Counted from the first letter of the stretch, positions 18,941-29,449 are shown. The stretch is 45,899 nucleotides of DNA from Nitrospiraceae bacterium UBA2166 (GCA_002328825.1 DCWI01000055.1:1-45899); one strand, 5' to 3'. Notes: generated from the letters alone by a model not told the origin. A program made the numbers and translations.

Positions 18941-21325
18941 ATGAAACGTCGAGCATATATTTTTGGCGCAGGTGTCAGTGGCCTCGTAACAGGTTGGAAG
19001 CTCCTTGAGCGTGGATGGAAGGTAACAATTCTTGAGAAGGAAAAGTTTTACGGAGGGATGTCTCGCACATGGCGATGGAATGAATTTCTCATTGATGTTG
19101 GGCCTCACATCTATCATACGCCAGACAAGATTCTTGCAGAGTTCTGGGAACGGGAATTCGGCGACTTGTTTGTCACTCGAGACTTTTGGTGCAAGAACGT
19201 GAAAGGCCCCAACTTCGATCAATACTATGATTATCCATTATCATATGAATCGTTGTCCCGCTACCCTCCTGACCTCAAACGGCAAATCTTTTCTGAATTA
19301 GAACACCTTAATCCCGACGAAAAAGCAAAAGCCCATAATTATAAAGAGTATGTCTCCGCCCTCGTAGGCCCAACTGTTCAAAATATGTTTTTCCAAAATT
19401 ATCCTCACAAACTGTGGGGAATCAGTACGGAAGAGATGACTGCAAGTTGGGCTCCAAAACGCATTGAACTTCGAAAAAGTGTCACTCCGTTTTATCACGG
19501 TCAATGGAATGCGGTCGGACGGTACGGAACGGGATGTGTATACGATCGCATCTACGAAAAAATTGAGAAACTAGGTGGAAGCGTCATGCTAGATCATGGA
19601 ATTCAAGGAATAGAACACCGCCACAATGTGTTGACAGCATTGCGCCTTGAAAATGATCAAGTGATAAACCTAAAGCCGGATGACATTGTCATCTCCACGA
19701 TGCCTATTAGTTTATTGTGCCGCTTCCTCGGCATTAAAAACACCCTTACCTTTCGAGGCGTTACGTCAGTATATCTTGCATTTGATCAAGACTATGTACT
19801 CCCTGATGGATTGGATTGGCTCTATTTTGATTCCCCCGAACTATGGTTTCATCGTCTGAGTGAGCAGAAAAAGTTCTCTGCTTCCTGTGCTGTTCCAGGA
19901 AAAACCTGTGTGACGGCTGAAATTGCCTACTCGCAAAACGATGCAATTGACACCCTCAAGCCAGAGCAGCTGGTCAAAGGTGTACTTGATCAAGTGTGCA
20001 GGACGAAATTAGTGCAACGGAAGGATTTTATTGATGGAACAGTGCATCGCCAACCAGCAGTCTATCCTCTACTGCATAAAGACTACCAACATGAACTCGC
20101 GAAAGCTCAAAGCCATTTGGGATTATTTAACCAATTATACTCAATAGGAACCACAGGTGAATTCAATTACGCCGATAGCCAAATCTTATTCCTAAAATCT
20201 TTTGATCTCGTAGACATTCTTACCGATCAGTATTCTGAGTTCTCCCAGGTAAAACGAAAACAATCGGCTACCGTTCTCAATAAAACTGTCTCACTGAACG
20301 AAAAACTAGTTGGAGATGGACATCGTCCAGTAATCATTGCAGAAGCAGGGTTAAACCATAACGGAAGCTTAGAGTTGGCGAAACAATTGATTAATCGCGC
20401 TTCTGCCGCAGGTTGTGATGCCATCAAATTTCAAACATATCAAAGCACAAGCAGGGTTTCCAGCAAAATCAAGGCAGTACGATATGCTGAAACGACGCTG
20501 GGAGAGCAAGAAACGCTGCTCGAAATGTTTCAACGTCTTGAGCTAAGCTATGACAACCATGTCGAGTTGTTCGATTACGCTCGGCAGCGGGACATTGAAA
20601 TATTTTCAACTCCCTTTGATACGAGCAGCGTCGACATGCTCGAGTCTCTCGGAGCTCCCCTATACAAAGTTGCATCGTTCGACCTCGTCAATGTTCCACT
20701 CCTCAAGTATATTGCGTCAACTAAGAAACCAATGATTGTGTCCACCGGGATGTCCACCCTCGGCCAGATTGAGGAAGCTCTTGAAGTGATCCGAGGCGAG
20801 GGAAACGAGAATGTTATTCTCTTGCATTGCGTATCATCATATCCTGCGGCTCCCGAAGATATGAATCTAAGGGCAATTGAAACGCTGAAGAAAAGTTTTC
20901 GCATCCCCGTTGGGCTTTCTGATCATACGCTAGGAACTATGGTCTCTCAGGTGGCCTTGTCTATTGGCGCCAACATCATTGAACGCCATTTCACCCTAGA
21001 TCGAAGCATGGAAGGTCCAGACCACATTCTTTCCTCTGAACCTGAAGAAATGCGCCATCTAACACGTTGCGCACATCTTATCAACTATGTTCTGGGGGAT
21101 GGAGTCAAAAAGATTGAAGCCTGTGAGTACGAAACCATCAATGCGCAGCGGAAAAGCTTGTACGCCCGCATTGATATTCCGAAAGGAAAAATTGTTACAT
21201 CAGATAGCGTGACGATTAAAGGACCAGGAGGGGGACTACAACCACGCTATATTGATATCGTAATCGGCCGAATTGCGAGACGAAGTCTCAAAGCAGACCA
21301 TCCAATTACTTGGGAAGATGTATAG
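18941..21325 (+). CDS. fusion: FAD-dependent oxidoreductase (UDP-galactopyranose mutase/PPOX-like) + NeuB-family nonulosonate synthase with SAF domain
   Basis: N-terminal half: IFGAGVSGL, LEKEKFYGGMSRT, DVGPHIYH, YP...IGTTGEFNY. From about aa 449: IIAEAGLNHNG, IKFQT, STPFD, KVAS, STGM, LLHCVSSYP, GLSDHT, IERHFTLD, GPDH, RKSL...KGPGGG. Confidence 0.9.
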   Translation: MKRRAYIFGAGVSGLVTGWKLLERGWKVTILEKEKFYGGMSRTWRWNEFLIDVGPHIYHTPDKILAEFWEREFGDLFVTRDFWCKNVKGPNFDQYYDYPLSYESLSRYPPDLKRQIFSELEHLNPDEKAKAHNYKEYVSALVGPTVQNMFFQNYPHKLWGISTEEMTASWAPKRIELRKSVTPFYHGQWNAVGRYGTGCVYDRIYEKIEKLGGSVMLDHGIQGIEHRHNVLTALRLENDQVINLKPDDIVISTMPISLLCRFLGIKNTLTFRGVTSVYLAFDQDYVLPDGLDWLYFDSPELWFHRLSEQKKFSASCAVPGKTCVTAEIAYSQNDAIDTLKPEQLVKGVLDQVCRTKLVQRKDFIDGTVHRQPAVYPLLHKDYQHELAKAQSHLGLFNQLYSIGTTGEFNYADSQILFLKSFDLVDILTDQYSEFSQVKRKQSATVLNKTVSLNEKLVGDGHRPVIIAEAGLNHNGSLELAKQLINRASAAGCDAIKFQTYQSTSRVSSKIKAVRYAETTLGEQETLLEMFQRLELSYDNHVELFDYARQRDIEIFSTPFDTSSVDMLESLGAPLYKVASFDLVNVPLLKYIASTKKPMIVSTGMSTLGQIEEALEVIRGEGNENVILLHCVSSYPAAPEDMNLRAIETLKKSFRIPVGLSDHTLGTMVSQVALSIGANIIERHFTLDRSMEGPDHILSSEPEEMRHLTRCAHLINYVLGDGVKKIEACEYETINAQRKSLYARIDIPKGKIVTSDSVTIKGPGGGLQPRYIDIVIGRIARRSLKADHPITWEDV

Positions 21326-21328
21326 GGC

Positions 21329-22429
21329 ATGTCGTATCGTGACCAAACAGAAGATATATTGCAGAAAGTAATAGCTATTGCAAAAAGGGAAGGCAAGCTG
21401 ACAGGGTTTTGCATTGGGAACACCACAAAAGTTGATGCACATGGATTGTTCTTCTCACCGATACGAAATACCAGACAACTGGTCGCCGGCAGCGTGATTG
21501 TGTATGAAGCACACCATTCTGAAGAAATCGCACGCATTGTGGATGGACGAGTCCAGTACATTCTGGTTGACACAGAAAAAAAAATTGGGCCGGACCCAAA
21601 GACATCCTATGGAATCGGAGATATGGGAAATATCGAAGGTGCTGTCCGCGATACAATACAATATTCAACCCTATTGACATACAAAGGAAATGACTTGACA
21701 GTCAATTCCATCGACTGCGTATTGAGCCAGCTAGTGACTTCTCCCATGCAAAGCATGGGTGGGAAAAAAATTGCCATCATCGGTGCCGGAAACTTGGGAG
21801 CAAAGTTAGCCCTTAAACTAGTCGAACGCGGCGCACACGTAGTAATTACGCGCAGAGACAAGAAGAAGTTGGACACCATTGTCCAAGCATTGAACTATAT
21901 CAAACCAAGAAATACGGTAGCGGTTATCGAGGGAACAACTGACAATGAATTAGCTGCACAAGACGCTCACCTTCTCGTCGGAATGGCAGTCGGGCCACCC
22001 GTCATTACCGAAACAATGGTCAGCAGCCTATCAAAGAACGCAATCATCATGGACGGAGGTAAAGGCTGTTTACATCCGCTAGCGATCCAGCGTGCACAAC
22101 AGCGTCAATTGAAAATTTTTCGCGTTGACATTCGCGCTGGTTTTGAAGGAGAAGTTGCAATGTTGCTAGAGACACACCGATCGATTAAACACACCGTAGG
22201 TCGCCGACAATGCAACGAAATTTCAATTGTCTCGGGCGGCCTCTTTGCCTGGGAAAATGAGATTGTTGTCGACAGTATCCTCCATCCCACTACAATATTC
22301 GGTGTCGCAGATGGTCAAGGAGACTTTGTGCGCCAACTTTCACAGGAGCAGACAAAAAACATGGAACGACTTAGCGAGTTAATTTCAAGTAAGTCTATCG
22401 TGGAGTGCCTCGACACCCCCACGACGTGA
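21329..22429 (+). CDS. NAD(P)-binding Rossmann-fold protein of unknown function
   Basis: KIAIIGAGNLG nucleotide-binding motif mid-protein. Starts 3 nt after the NeuB fusion stop. Confidence 0.8.
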   Translation: MSYRDQTEDILQKVIAIAKREGKLTGFCIGNTTKVDAHGLFFSPIRNTRQLVAGSVIVYEAHHSEEIARIVDGRVQYILVDTEKKIGPDPKTSYGIGDMGNIEGAVRDTIQYSTLLTYKGNDLTVNSIDCVLSQLVTSPMQSMGGKKIAIIGAGNLGAKLALKLVERGAHVVITRRDKKKLDTIVQALNYIKPRNTVAVIEGTTDNELAAQDAHLLVGMAVGPPVITETMVSSLSKNAIIMDGGKGCLHPLAIQRAQQRQLKIFRVDIRAGFEGEVAMLLETHRSIKHTVGRRQCNEISIVSGGLFAWENEIVVDSILHPTTIFGVADGQGDFVRQLSQEQTKNMERLSELISSKSIVECLDTPTT

Positions 22430-22787
22430 TATCCGAGAAGAAGGGCAAAGACTACTCACTCCATTTACAATTCACAGCTGACGCAGGTCATATTATAATA
22501 ACCCGAAGCACTAGCCCCGACTAGAACAGATAACATTCAAATCCATCTAACGCCTCGTCTTTTTTGAGCTACGCTCTCCTCTATGTCACTCACCTTCTCT
22601 TGCCCCTAGGGTAGAGACAGAGTCTAGTCAAAGGTTCCTCAATTGACAGCTTCCTGAAGATGCCGACTAAGAGATAATTGCACTTATGCCCACAACAATC
22701 ACTGCGACAATATCAGAGAGATTCCCGTTTAAAGTTTTGAGTGCATGAAATTTTGAGCGAAATGCATGGTGTCTCGTGATAAGCATA

Positions 22788-23381
22788 TTACTTATTTGAC
22801 ATACACTCGTGAGTCAACCGCTGCGATTCCACAAGCTGCTCTGGGGATAGCAGACTTTTGACACGGTCACGATTCTTGATCGCAAGGTTTTTAACTTCAC
22901 TGTCAGTCAAAGTCGTCGAAGCAAGGCTAAAACACTGATGCGATTGTACATAATCTCGCGATACCCCTTTCCCCTTGGCATACATCACACCCAGATTATA
23001 CTGAGCCAACACATAGCCATCCTTTGCGGCCTGACGATACCAATGCACTGCTTCTTTAGCATCTTGCGTCACACCATTTCCATTTTCGTACATTAGGCCA
23101 AGATTGACTTGGGCCAACGCATAGCCAGACTCCGCAGCCTGCCGATACCAATACACCGCTGCCTTAACATCTTGCGGCACCCCACTTCCATTCTCATACA
23201 TTAGACCAAGATTGAATTGAGCCTTCATATCACCAGCCTCCGCAGCTTGCCAGAAATTCTGGAAGGCCTCCACATAATCCTCTCGATTATATGCGATCAC
23301 ACCCTCGTTATAATCATCAGCCAGTACAAGCTGATTACCACTAACTAACAAAAACATGGAGAGTACAACGAGCGTCAGCAC
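22788..23381 (-). CDS. secreted Sel1-like repeat protein
   Basis: Three AQxNLGxMYxxGxGVxQD...WY..AA repeats and a signal peptide. Confidence 0.92.
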   Translation of the reverse strand: MLTLVVLSMFLLVSGNQLVLADDYNEGVIAYNREDYVEAFQNFWQAAEAGDMKAQFNLGLMYENGSGVPQDVKAAVYWYRQAAESGYALAQVNLGLMYENGNGVTQDAKEAVHWYRQAAKDGYVLAQYNLGVMYAKGKGVSRDYVQSHQCFSLASTTLTDSEVKNLAIKNRDRVKSLLSPEQLVESQRLTHECMSNK

Positions 23382-23955
23382 GTCAACAGATAAAAACTCC
23401 TAACAGAACAGACTAGCCTGTTCTGTTTTAGCAAACATTACCGTATGCCTATGCACACAGAAAAAGCATAAAAAGCCGTTGTGATTAATCGCTATTTTTG
23501 ACACTTTAAATAACAGACAACCTCTTAATGAGGGAACATGTGCTGTGCCGCACTCCTCATCGACATTGTGGCAACCTGCGTATCCATGTTCAACCGTATT
23601 TCGATATCAGGAAACTGGTTTGTCGCATACGCACGAGCCAAATTTGGCGCACTCTATATACTCCTCGGCATAGGGTCGATCCAACAGAAACCAACACTTT
23701 AAACGCCAACCGATTTGATCTTTGGGAATAAAGAATGAAGATCACTTGACCCACCTCTTCAGTATCTCCAGGCACGTACAAATAACAAACTATAACACTA
23801 GAAATTATTTCCTCACTCCAACAACGGAGCGGTGTAACAACAAAAAAAATATAGAAACATCAACAAATTACCCAACAACAACCATGGAACAACCGGATGC
23901 ATTACCCAACCTCAAAAAAACTATTATTCCACGTCATAAATGGTCTACAGAGCCA

Positions 23956-24342
23956 TCAAGGCGTGATCGCCACACCGTTAGGGCCATCTCCAACCGAAAT
24001 CGTAGAGATAACCGTATTCGTGCTCACATCAATCACTGAAACGGTGTTGGAAAGCCAGTTCGTTACATAAACGCGAGTCCCGTCTGGCGTGATGGCTACC
24101 CCATTGGGAGCATCTTCAACTGGAATCGTGGCAATGACCGTGTTCGTAGCCACATCAATCACTGAGACGGTACCGGAAGCATTGTTCGTCACATACGCAC
24201 GTGTTGGTGACTGAGTCACTTGCGGAACTGTAGATTGCTGAGGAGGCACAGATCCAACATTTTTATCCCCATCACACGAAAGGACAGCAAACAGAAAAAA
24301 CAACATAAAAAAAACCATTGAGAGTTTAGTATAGCGTGTCAT
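23956..24342 (-). CDS. lipoprotein with two YVTN beta-propeller repeats (possibly truncated)
   Basis: Lipobox-like VLSC and two YVTN..SxTVSVID..TNTV..TIxV...PNGVAITP repeats. Start moved to ATG 24342. Confidence 0.8.
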   Translation of the reverse strand: MTRYTKLSMVFFMLFFLFAVLSCDGDKNVGSVPPQQSTVPQVTQSPTRAYVTNNASGTVSVIDVATNTVIATIPVEDAPNGVAITPDGTRVYVTNWLSNTVSVIDVSTNTVISTISVGDGPNGVAITP

Positions 24343-24649
24343 GGATACTCTGCAGTTTGTCAAAAGGTTAAAAAAGTTTACGCCTCCCAAGGGCACAATT
24401 CAATATTCACCACAAGGCAAGAATGGACATGCATACACATCTTTTTTTTTCGTACCCTGTTCATCTCGATTGAAGACCTTAAGCTTGGTGGGATTGAAAT
24501 ATAGCCTTACTTTAATAATGCAACAGCACAACGCCTCCTCACAAGTAGACCACCCCAACTAAATTTAGCCACACCTTCATAATACAAGTGGGTACATTGC
24601 TTGCAACCATGCCTCTTCAGGGCAAGATATCCTTCCGCTAACGATAGAA

Positions 24650-25234
24650 TCATTGTCGAATTGGGGCCCACTCACGAGCCAGTCGTTTCGCTTCTACTAT
24701 CTCCTTTTGTGACATTTTTTGCGCAAGGGCCTCCCGACGTTCAATGACTCGATCGCGTGTCTCTTGGCTAGAAACATTCGCTGTGGCAATGGTATACCAC
24801 TTGTACGCTTGGATAACGTCTGGCAACACCCCTCGCCCTAATTCATACATCTTGCCAAGGTTGACCTGGGCAATCGCATAGTCAGCCTCCGCTGATTTCA
24901 CGTACCAGTGCAGCGCTTCCTGATTATTTTGAGGCACACCCTTCCCGTAATAGTACATCCAACCAAGCCAGTTGTGTGCCTTGGCATGGCCAACTTCTGC
25001 AGATCTGCTGAAGTGCTCTAAGGCAGTCGCATAATCTTTCTGATTAAAAGCATCTTTTCCATTTTGATAGGAATTTTCTCCTTGAGGCTCTTTGGGCAGA
25101 GTTGAGAAAATTTCTGCTGAGGGAGTTGATTCGCCAAAGGCTGTCTCTTTCTTGGATTCACATCCGTTACTGAACACAGCCAGAAGAAAGAGAAGAAACA
25201 TGACTAGCAAGAGCATGAGGTTCGATCCAACCAT
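24650..25234 (-). CDS. Sel1-like repeat lipoprotein
   Basis: Hydrophobic signal ending SNGC, Sel1 repeats (LGWMYYYGKGVPQN, NLGKMYELGRGV) and a C-terminal MSQKEIVEAKRLAREW helix. Confidence 0.9.
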   Translation of the reverse strand: MVGSNLMLLLVMFLLFLLAVFSNGCESKKETAFGESTPSAEIFSTLPKEPQGENSYQNGKDAFNQKDYATALEHFSRSAEVGHAKAHNWLGWMYYYGKGVPQNNQEALHWYVKSAEADYAIAQVNLGKMYELGRGVLPDVIQAYKWYTIATANVSSQETRDRVIERREALAQKMSQKEIVEAKRLAREWAPIRQ

Positions 25235-25440
25235 GGATTCAGATTATCAATTTGAGTAATTTCTCTAAGCTAATTTTCGGTCTTAATGAACACACGGGAG
25301 GCTGAACTCAATACATCTGGCAGGTTCTATAGCTTCACCACTTTCTCGAACACCCGCCGTAGATACTGCCTGATTATCAAGCAGGTTTCCCCTAACAGAT
25401 TGATAACAAACAACATCAGACCAACGCGGTTGGTGGGGTG

Positions 25441-26124
25441 TTAATGATCCAACGTCCAATCACGGATAAGTTTTTTTGCTTTAGTAATTTGGTGAGGAGA
25501 CATAAACGTAGCAATCGCATCACGCTTCTTAACTTCATCCTCTCCACCTTTAGAAGCCGCGAGACTAGCCCACATATAAGCGAGCACGTAATCCTGAGAA
25601 ACACCTTTCCCAAAATAATACATTGAGGCAAGATTGTACTGGGCTCCCTTATCATCAAACTCAGCGGACTTCTGATACCACCGCACTGCTTGTTGGTCAT
25701 TCTGCACCACGCCTTTTCCATGAGCATACATGAGACCAAGAGCAGTCTGAGCACCCGTATCACCAGCCTCCGCAGCTTTTATATACCAGTGCATCGCTTG
25801 CACATAGTCCCGTATCACACCTCTCCCCACAGCGTACATTGAAGCGAGATTATATTGAGCTTCCACATCGCCATCCTTAGCAGCTTCCACGTACAAGTCT
25901 AACTCTTGCTCATAGTCTCGTGGCGCACTTTTCTCAAACCGATATAATGGACCGAGAGCGGCCTGAAAACTTAGGTTATTGGCCTCGGCAGTCTTTAGCA
26001 TGTTCACGAAGGATTCCTCATAGTCATCCTTAAGATAAGAGGACAAAGTCTCCTGAGCATCTCCAGCCATCGCAACACCACTCGCACCACACAACAGCAC
26101 AAGTGCAAACACTACAGACTTCAT
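25441..26124 (-). CDS. secreted Sel1-like repeat protein
   Basis: Signal peptide ending AMA and 3-4 Sel1 repeats (AQYNLASMY..GxGV). Confidence 0.92.
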   Translation of the reverse strand: MKSVVFALVLLCGASGVAMAGDAQETLSSYLKDDYEESFVNMLKTAEANNLSFQAALGPLYRFEKSAPRDYEQELDLYVEAAKDGDVEAQYNLASMYAVGRGVIRDYVQAMHWYIKAAEAGDTGAQTALGLMYAHGKGVVQNDQQAVRWYQKSAEFDDKGAQYNLASMYYFGKGVSQDYVLAYMWASLAASKGGEDEVKKRDAIATFMSPHQITKAKKLIRDWTLDH

Positions 26125-26249
26125 GATACCCCCGATTGGATCATTGACAGGTCACACCAAAATTCAACCCCTATTCCAAACCTCATTTAGTCCCACGACA
26201 TACACATACGAAATTAGTACAAATGTTTTGATGTCCATTCCCTAGATGT

Positions 26250-26540
26250 TTAGTTATTTTCGCAACAACTTTTTTGATCGATTTTTCCAGAAATCATGTT
26301 ATAGAGCCATGCGAAGATAGCTCCACCAATGATGCCATCGACAAACGCCCACACGAGACCAATAATACTCCCAAGCGGACTAACTGTGTAACCAGGATAA
26401 AAATACCCAATGAAGGTTAAAAAAGTATTCTCCTCCATAACATGAGGTTCAAAATAAATGATCCACCACGTCACCAGGAAAAGGCTGAGTCCCCACAAAA
26501 TCCCACATGCAAGAGCAAACGCTTTTATATTGAGTGTCAT
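26250..26540 (-). CDS. small membrane protein of the family often annotated as 'bacteriophage holin'
   Basis: AFALACGILWG...YPGY.VS..GSIIGLVWAFVDG.IGG..FAWLYN pattern and an AGGAGG RBS. No phage context. Confidence 0.75.
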   Translation of the reverse strand: MTLNIKAFALACGILWGLSLFLVTWWIIYFEPHVMEENTFLTFIGYFYPGYTVSPLGSIIGLVWAFVDGIIGGAIFAWLYNMISGKIDQKSCCENN

Positions 26541-26919
26541 GGCTCACCTCCTGTAGATAAAGTGCCCATCGGATACTGTATATTGTACGCCTGACAAAAT
26601 TATGATTCAATCTTTATTGAATATCAGGGAAGGAACGATCAATTAGATGCCTTGCTTGAGGAGCTGTCCATCCGAGGGAAGAGAAATGTCTAGAATTCTT
26701 TAGCGTTGAGCTTTTCACATATTCAGTCGTTAACCGACGGTCTTTTCACAGATCATCCTGTGATGACTTGAAAAGATTTTCCACAATCTCTTCATTCTAT
26801 CGTTATCAGTTATCACCTCTTGTTGATGCCTAAATTAGTTGTGGACAATGACATCCAAATAATAATCTATGCCATTCATCATATCTTCTTGCCAACGGGC
26901 AATTTGACCACTACCCACC

Positions 26920-27408
26920 TTGTCTACCGTGATGGTAGTGAAGAGGAAGGGGCACTCAAGAAAATCATCCGCACAAGAAGAGCCAATGATTGTCTCAACG
27001 CACAGTGATCAAATCACCACATGTAAGCCCGGCACTTATGCACTCGTTTTTCGAAGCACAATTCATCAGCAAATTCACGTTGGACAACTCGGAGCGTTGT
27101 CCATAAGGGAGGGTGTCTACATTTATGTAGGCAGTGGGTTTGGCCCCGGAGGTATCCGGGCCCGCATAAAACATCATTGCCGCATATCACCCTCTCCCCA
27201 CTGGCATGTCGACTATCTGCGACAGGTGCTCCCCATCATTAGCGTGTGGTACTCACATGACCCCGAACGGAAAGAGCATCATTGGGCAACAACACTCATG
27301 GAACTCCCTGGTGCAGAAATTCCACTACCAAGGTTCGGGGCATCAGATTGTCGGTGCAAAACCCACTTATTCTACTTTACCGAAGCCCCGTTACCAACAG
27401 AGATTTGA
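26920..27408 (+). CDS. DUF123/GIY-YIG-like nuclease family protein
   Basis: GTYAL, GQLG, YIYVGSGFGPGG, RIKHH, HWHVDYL, FGASDCRCKTHLFY. The true start may be ATG 26986. Confidence 0.85.
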   Translation: MSTVMVVKRKGHSRKSSAQEEPMIVSTHSDQITTCKPGTYALVFRSTIHQQIHVGQLGALSIREGVYIYVGSGFGPGGIRARIKHHCRISPSPHWHVDYLRQVLPIISVWYSHDPERKEHHWATTLMELPGAEIPLPRFGASDCRCKTHLFYFTEAPLPTEI

Positions 27409-27634
27409 AGACACTCAAAAAAGCATCATCCAAGATCATGGCCCAATTAGAGAGAGATACAGAGTGGCGATAGAGACAAAAGGATGGAAACATTCGTGCG
27501 AATTCAAGTCATTTCAGACCTTTCCATTCTTTTCGACAAGCCAAGGGATTTCTCTTCTTTCGAAAACGTCCACAGCTCCAACGAAATCCTTAGTTTCAAG
27601 ATGATCCCGGATTCGATCTCGCCTAGAGCCCTCC

Positions 27635-29449
27635 TCATCGCCTCGGAATACGAATCTGTTCTACGAGTTGTTGGACATGCTCAGGTGGAGCACTGGTAAT
27701 TCGTGAAACACCATAGGCCACGGAAAAGTTGAGAATCATTCCGATCGTTCCTATTCCCTCTGGAGAAATCCCAAAGAGCCAGTTTTCGGCGATGTTTTCA
27801 TACACAGGCTCAATAAATATTCCCTTTAAGCACACGATATAACCCATAGTAAAGATAAGCCCGGTGAGCATACCGGCAATGGCACCCCACTTGTTCATCC
27901 TTTTGCTGAAAATACCAAGGAACAGAGCAGGAAACAACGATGCTGCAGCCAAGCCAAATGCGAAGGCCACGACTTGTGCAACAAATGCTGGTGGATGAAG
28001 ACCAAGATATCCCGCAATACAGATTGCTCCTGTCGCCGCCACCCGCCCAGCTGTCAATTCACCTTTCTCGCTAATCGTTGGCGCAATTGTACTCTTGAGT
28101 AGATCATGGGACACACTAACGGAAATCACCAAGAGTAACCCCGCCGCAGTTGAAAGTGCCGCCGCAATTCCTCCAGCAGCAATAAGAGCGATCACCCAAT
28201 TTGGAAGCCCCGCAATTTCAGGATTAGCTAACACCATGATATCTCGATCAACATAGATCTCATTTGAAAATAACGCCCCTTCAGAGATATAGCCCTCTCC
28301 AGGATTTGTTACCAATCTTTCCCCGTGCGTACCTCGACGATCACCATCAAACTGTGGTGTTTTGGTGATATTCCCATTCAATGCATCCCCCGCAGCATAT
28401 TGCACCTTGCCATCACCATTGTGATCAACCCACACGATGAGGCCAGAATCTTCCCATGTGTGAAACCATGGAGGCATGGTTCTGTAGAGCTGCCCTTGAC
28501 CATCAGGGCCGTTAACTGTGGTCACAAAGTTCATCATCGCCAATGCTCCAACAGCCGGTGCCGATGTATAGAGAAGAGCAATAAAAACTAGAGCCCAGCC
28601 GGCTGACCACCTCGCATCACGAACCCTGCGAACAGTGAAAAACCGGACAATGACGTGTGGAAGCCCTGCGGTTCCAAGCATCAATGCCAAAGTGATCGCA
28701 AAAACATCAATCATCGACTTCTGATTAAATGGCTCAGTGTAGGCCGGAAGCCCAAGATCAACGAGCACCTGATCCAATGTTTCAAGCAAATATCCAGAAC
28801 CATCACTCAACTGAGACCCCAGTGCCAATTGCGGAATAGGATTCCCAGTAAGCTGGAAGGCAATAAATACAGCTGGAACCGTATACGCAAATATCAACAC
28901 ACAATATTGTGCGACCTGAGTGTAGGTAATCCCACGCATACCTCCGAGAACAGCGTAAATAAACACAATACCCATGCCAAAATAGAGCCCCACCTCAACA
29001 GAAACCTGCAGGAAACGAGAAAAAACGATCCCAACACCTCGCATCTGCCCGGCTACATAGGTAAAAGAGATAAAGATTAGGCAGATGACAGCAACCACAC
29101 GAGCAACCTGAGAATCGTATCGATCTCCTATAAATTCTGGAACCGTGTACTTTCCAAATTTGCGAAGATACGGAGCAAGCAACATAGCGAGCAACACATA
29201 CCCCCCCGTCCATCCCATGAGATAAATACTTCCTTCGTACCCCAAAAACGCAATTAGCCCCGCCATCGAAATAAATGACGCCGCCGACATCCAATCCGCA
29301 GCAGTAGCCATTCCATTTGTAATCGGATGGACGTTCGCCCCAGCTACATAAAACTCGCTTGTCGACTTTGCCCGAGACAGAATTGCGATACCTATATAAA
29401 GAGCAAAACTAAATCCCACGGCACAATATGTAAGAAATTGGAGTTCCAC
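27635..29449 (-). CDS. sodium:solute symporter, ActP-like (acetate/monocarboxylate)
   Basis: NGMATAADWMSAASFISMAG, GWTGGY, TYTQVAQY, GTAGLPH, AAALSTAAGLL. Start moved to GTG 29449 after the DUF4212 gene. Confidence 0.92.
   Translation of the reverse strand: MELQFLTYCAVGFSFALYIGIAILSRAKSTSEFYVAGANVHPITNGMATAADWMSAASFISMAGLIAFLGYEGSIYLMGWTGGYVLLAMLLAPYLRKFGKYTVPEFIGDRYDSQVARVVAVICLIFISFTYVAGQMRGVGIVFSRFLQVSVEVGLYFGMGIVFIYAVLGGMRGITYTQVAQYCVLIFAYTVPAVFIAFQLTGNPIPQLALGSQLSDGSGYLLETLDQVLVDLGLPAYTEPFNQKSMIDVFAITLALMLGTAGLPHVIVRFFTVRRVRDARWSAGWALVFIALLYTSAPAVGALAMMNFVTTVNGPDGQGQLYRTMPPWFHTWEDSGLIVWVDHNGDGKVQYAAGDALNGNITKTPQFDGDRRGTHGERLVTNPGEGYISEGALFSNEIYVDRDIMVLANPEIAGLPNWVIALIAAGGIAAALSTAAGLLLVISVSVSHDLLKSTIAPTISEKGELTAGRVAATGAICIAGYLGLHPPAFVAQVVAFAFGLAAASLFPALFLGIFSKRMNKWGAIAGMLTGLIFTMGYIVCLKGIFIEPVYENIAENWLFGISPEGIGTIGMILNFSVAYGVSRITSAPPEHVQQLVEQIRIPRR

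Noticed and set aside
23528-23930. Short ORFs between the Sel1 and YVTN genes
   Set aside because: No recognisable motif or RBS in the frames checked. Possibly decayed sequence but unsupported.
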